From the human T2T-CHM13v2.0 reference genome, Homo sapiens: 64,000 nucleotides of DNA. A program made the position numbers and the translations under genes. Location of the stretch: assembly GCF_009914755.1 (NCBI RefSeq), contig NC_060930.1; one strand, 5' to 3'. Under the pieces are notes generated by a model. It did not search any database. It saw nothing but the letters and a program-made list of their open reading frames with translations, and had not been told where the DNA came from. Positions 63,575 to 64,000 of this stretch are shown here, one piece after another (position 1 is the first letter of the stretch; the number at the start of each line of letters is the position of its first letter).

Positions 63575-63878
63575 GGCCGGGCACGGTGGCTCATGCCTGT
63601 AATCCCAGCACTTTGGGAAGCCAAGGCGGGCAGATCACGAGGTTATGAGATCAAGACCATCCTGGCTAACACGGTGAAACACCATCTCTACTAAAAATAC
63701 AAAAAAAATAATTAGCCGGGCGTGATGGTGGGCGCCTGTAATCCCAGCTACTTGGGAGGCTGAGGCAGGAGAATGGCGTGACCTGGGAGGCGGAGCTTGC
63801 AGTGATCAGAGATCGAGCCACTGCACTCCAGCCTGGGCGACAAAGTGAAACTCCGTCTCAGGAAAAAAAAAAAAAAAA
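63575..63878 (+). mobile_element. AluY-like element
   Basis: Alu consensus; TSD agagagta. Confidence 0.93.
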
Positions 63879-64000
63879 AGAGAGAGAGTAAGGGAACATC
63901 TTTCGTTAATAAACCCTCTCTATTGCTCCCCACACACAATCCTAGTTTGGTTGCTGTCTTCGTCTGTTTCAGCTGCCATAACAAAATCTCTTGCACCGGG

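Overview
Human genomic DNA from the extended MHC class I region (6p22.1), identified from gene content and order. It contains the intact single-coding-exon olfactory receptor OR2H2 (+) and the whole GABBR1 gene (-). The 22 GABBR1 coding exons I spliced by hand total 2886 nt (961-aa GABA-B1a), and an internal CpG-island promoter gives the 844-aa GABA-B1b. There are three retrocopies: a TMEM183A fragment, an RPL13A copy carrying the C/D snoRNA SNORD32B, and SUMO2P1. The rest is dense, often nested Alu/LTR/DNA-transposon sequence; repeat subfamily names are from memory and approximate. The most unusual structure is the RPL13A retrocopy (6931-7760). Between its target-site duplications it starts 5 nt upstream of the snoRNA box C, keeps the rest of that intron and its 3' splice site, then runs through fully spliced downstream exons to a poly(A) tail. 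This looks like a fossil of a 5'-snoRNA-capped, polyadenylated (SPA-like) RNA. A 246-bp copy of its 3' junction sits 1.4 kb upstream as an apparent templated insertion. I found no convincing new protein-coding system.
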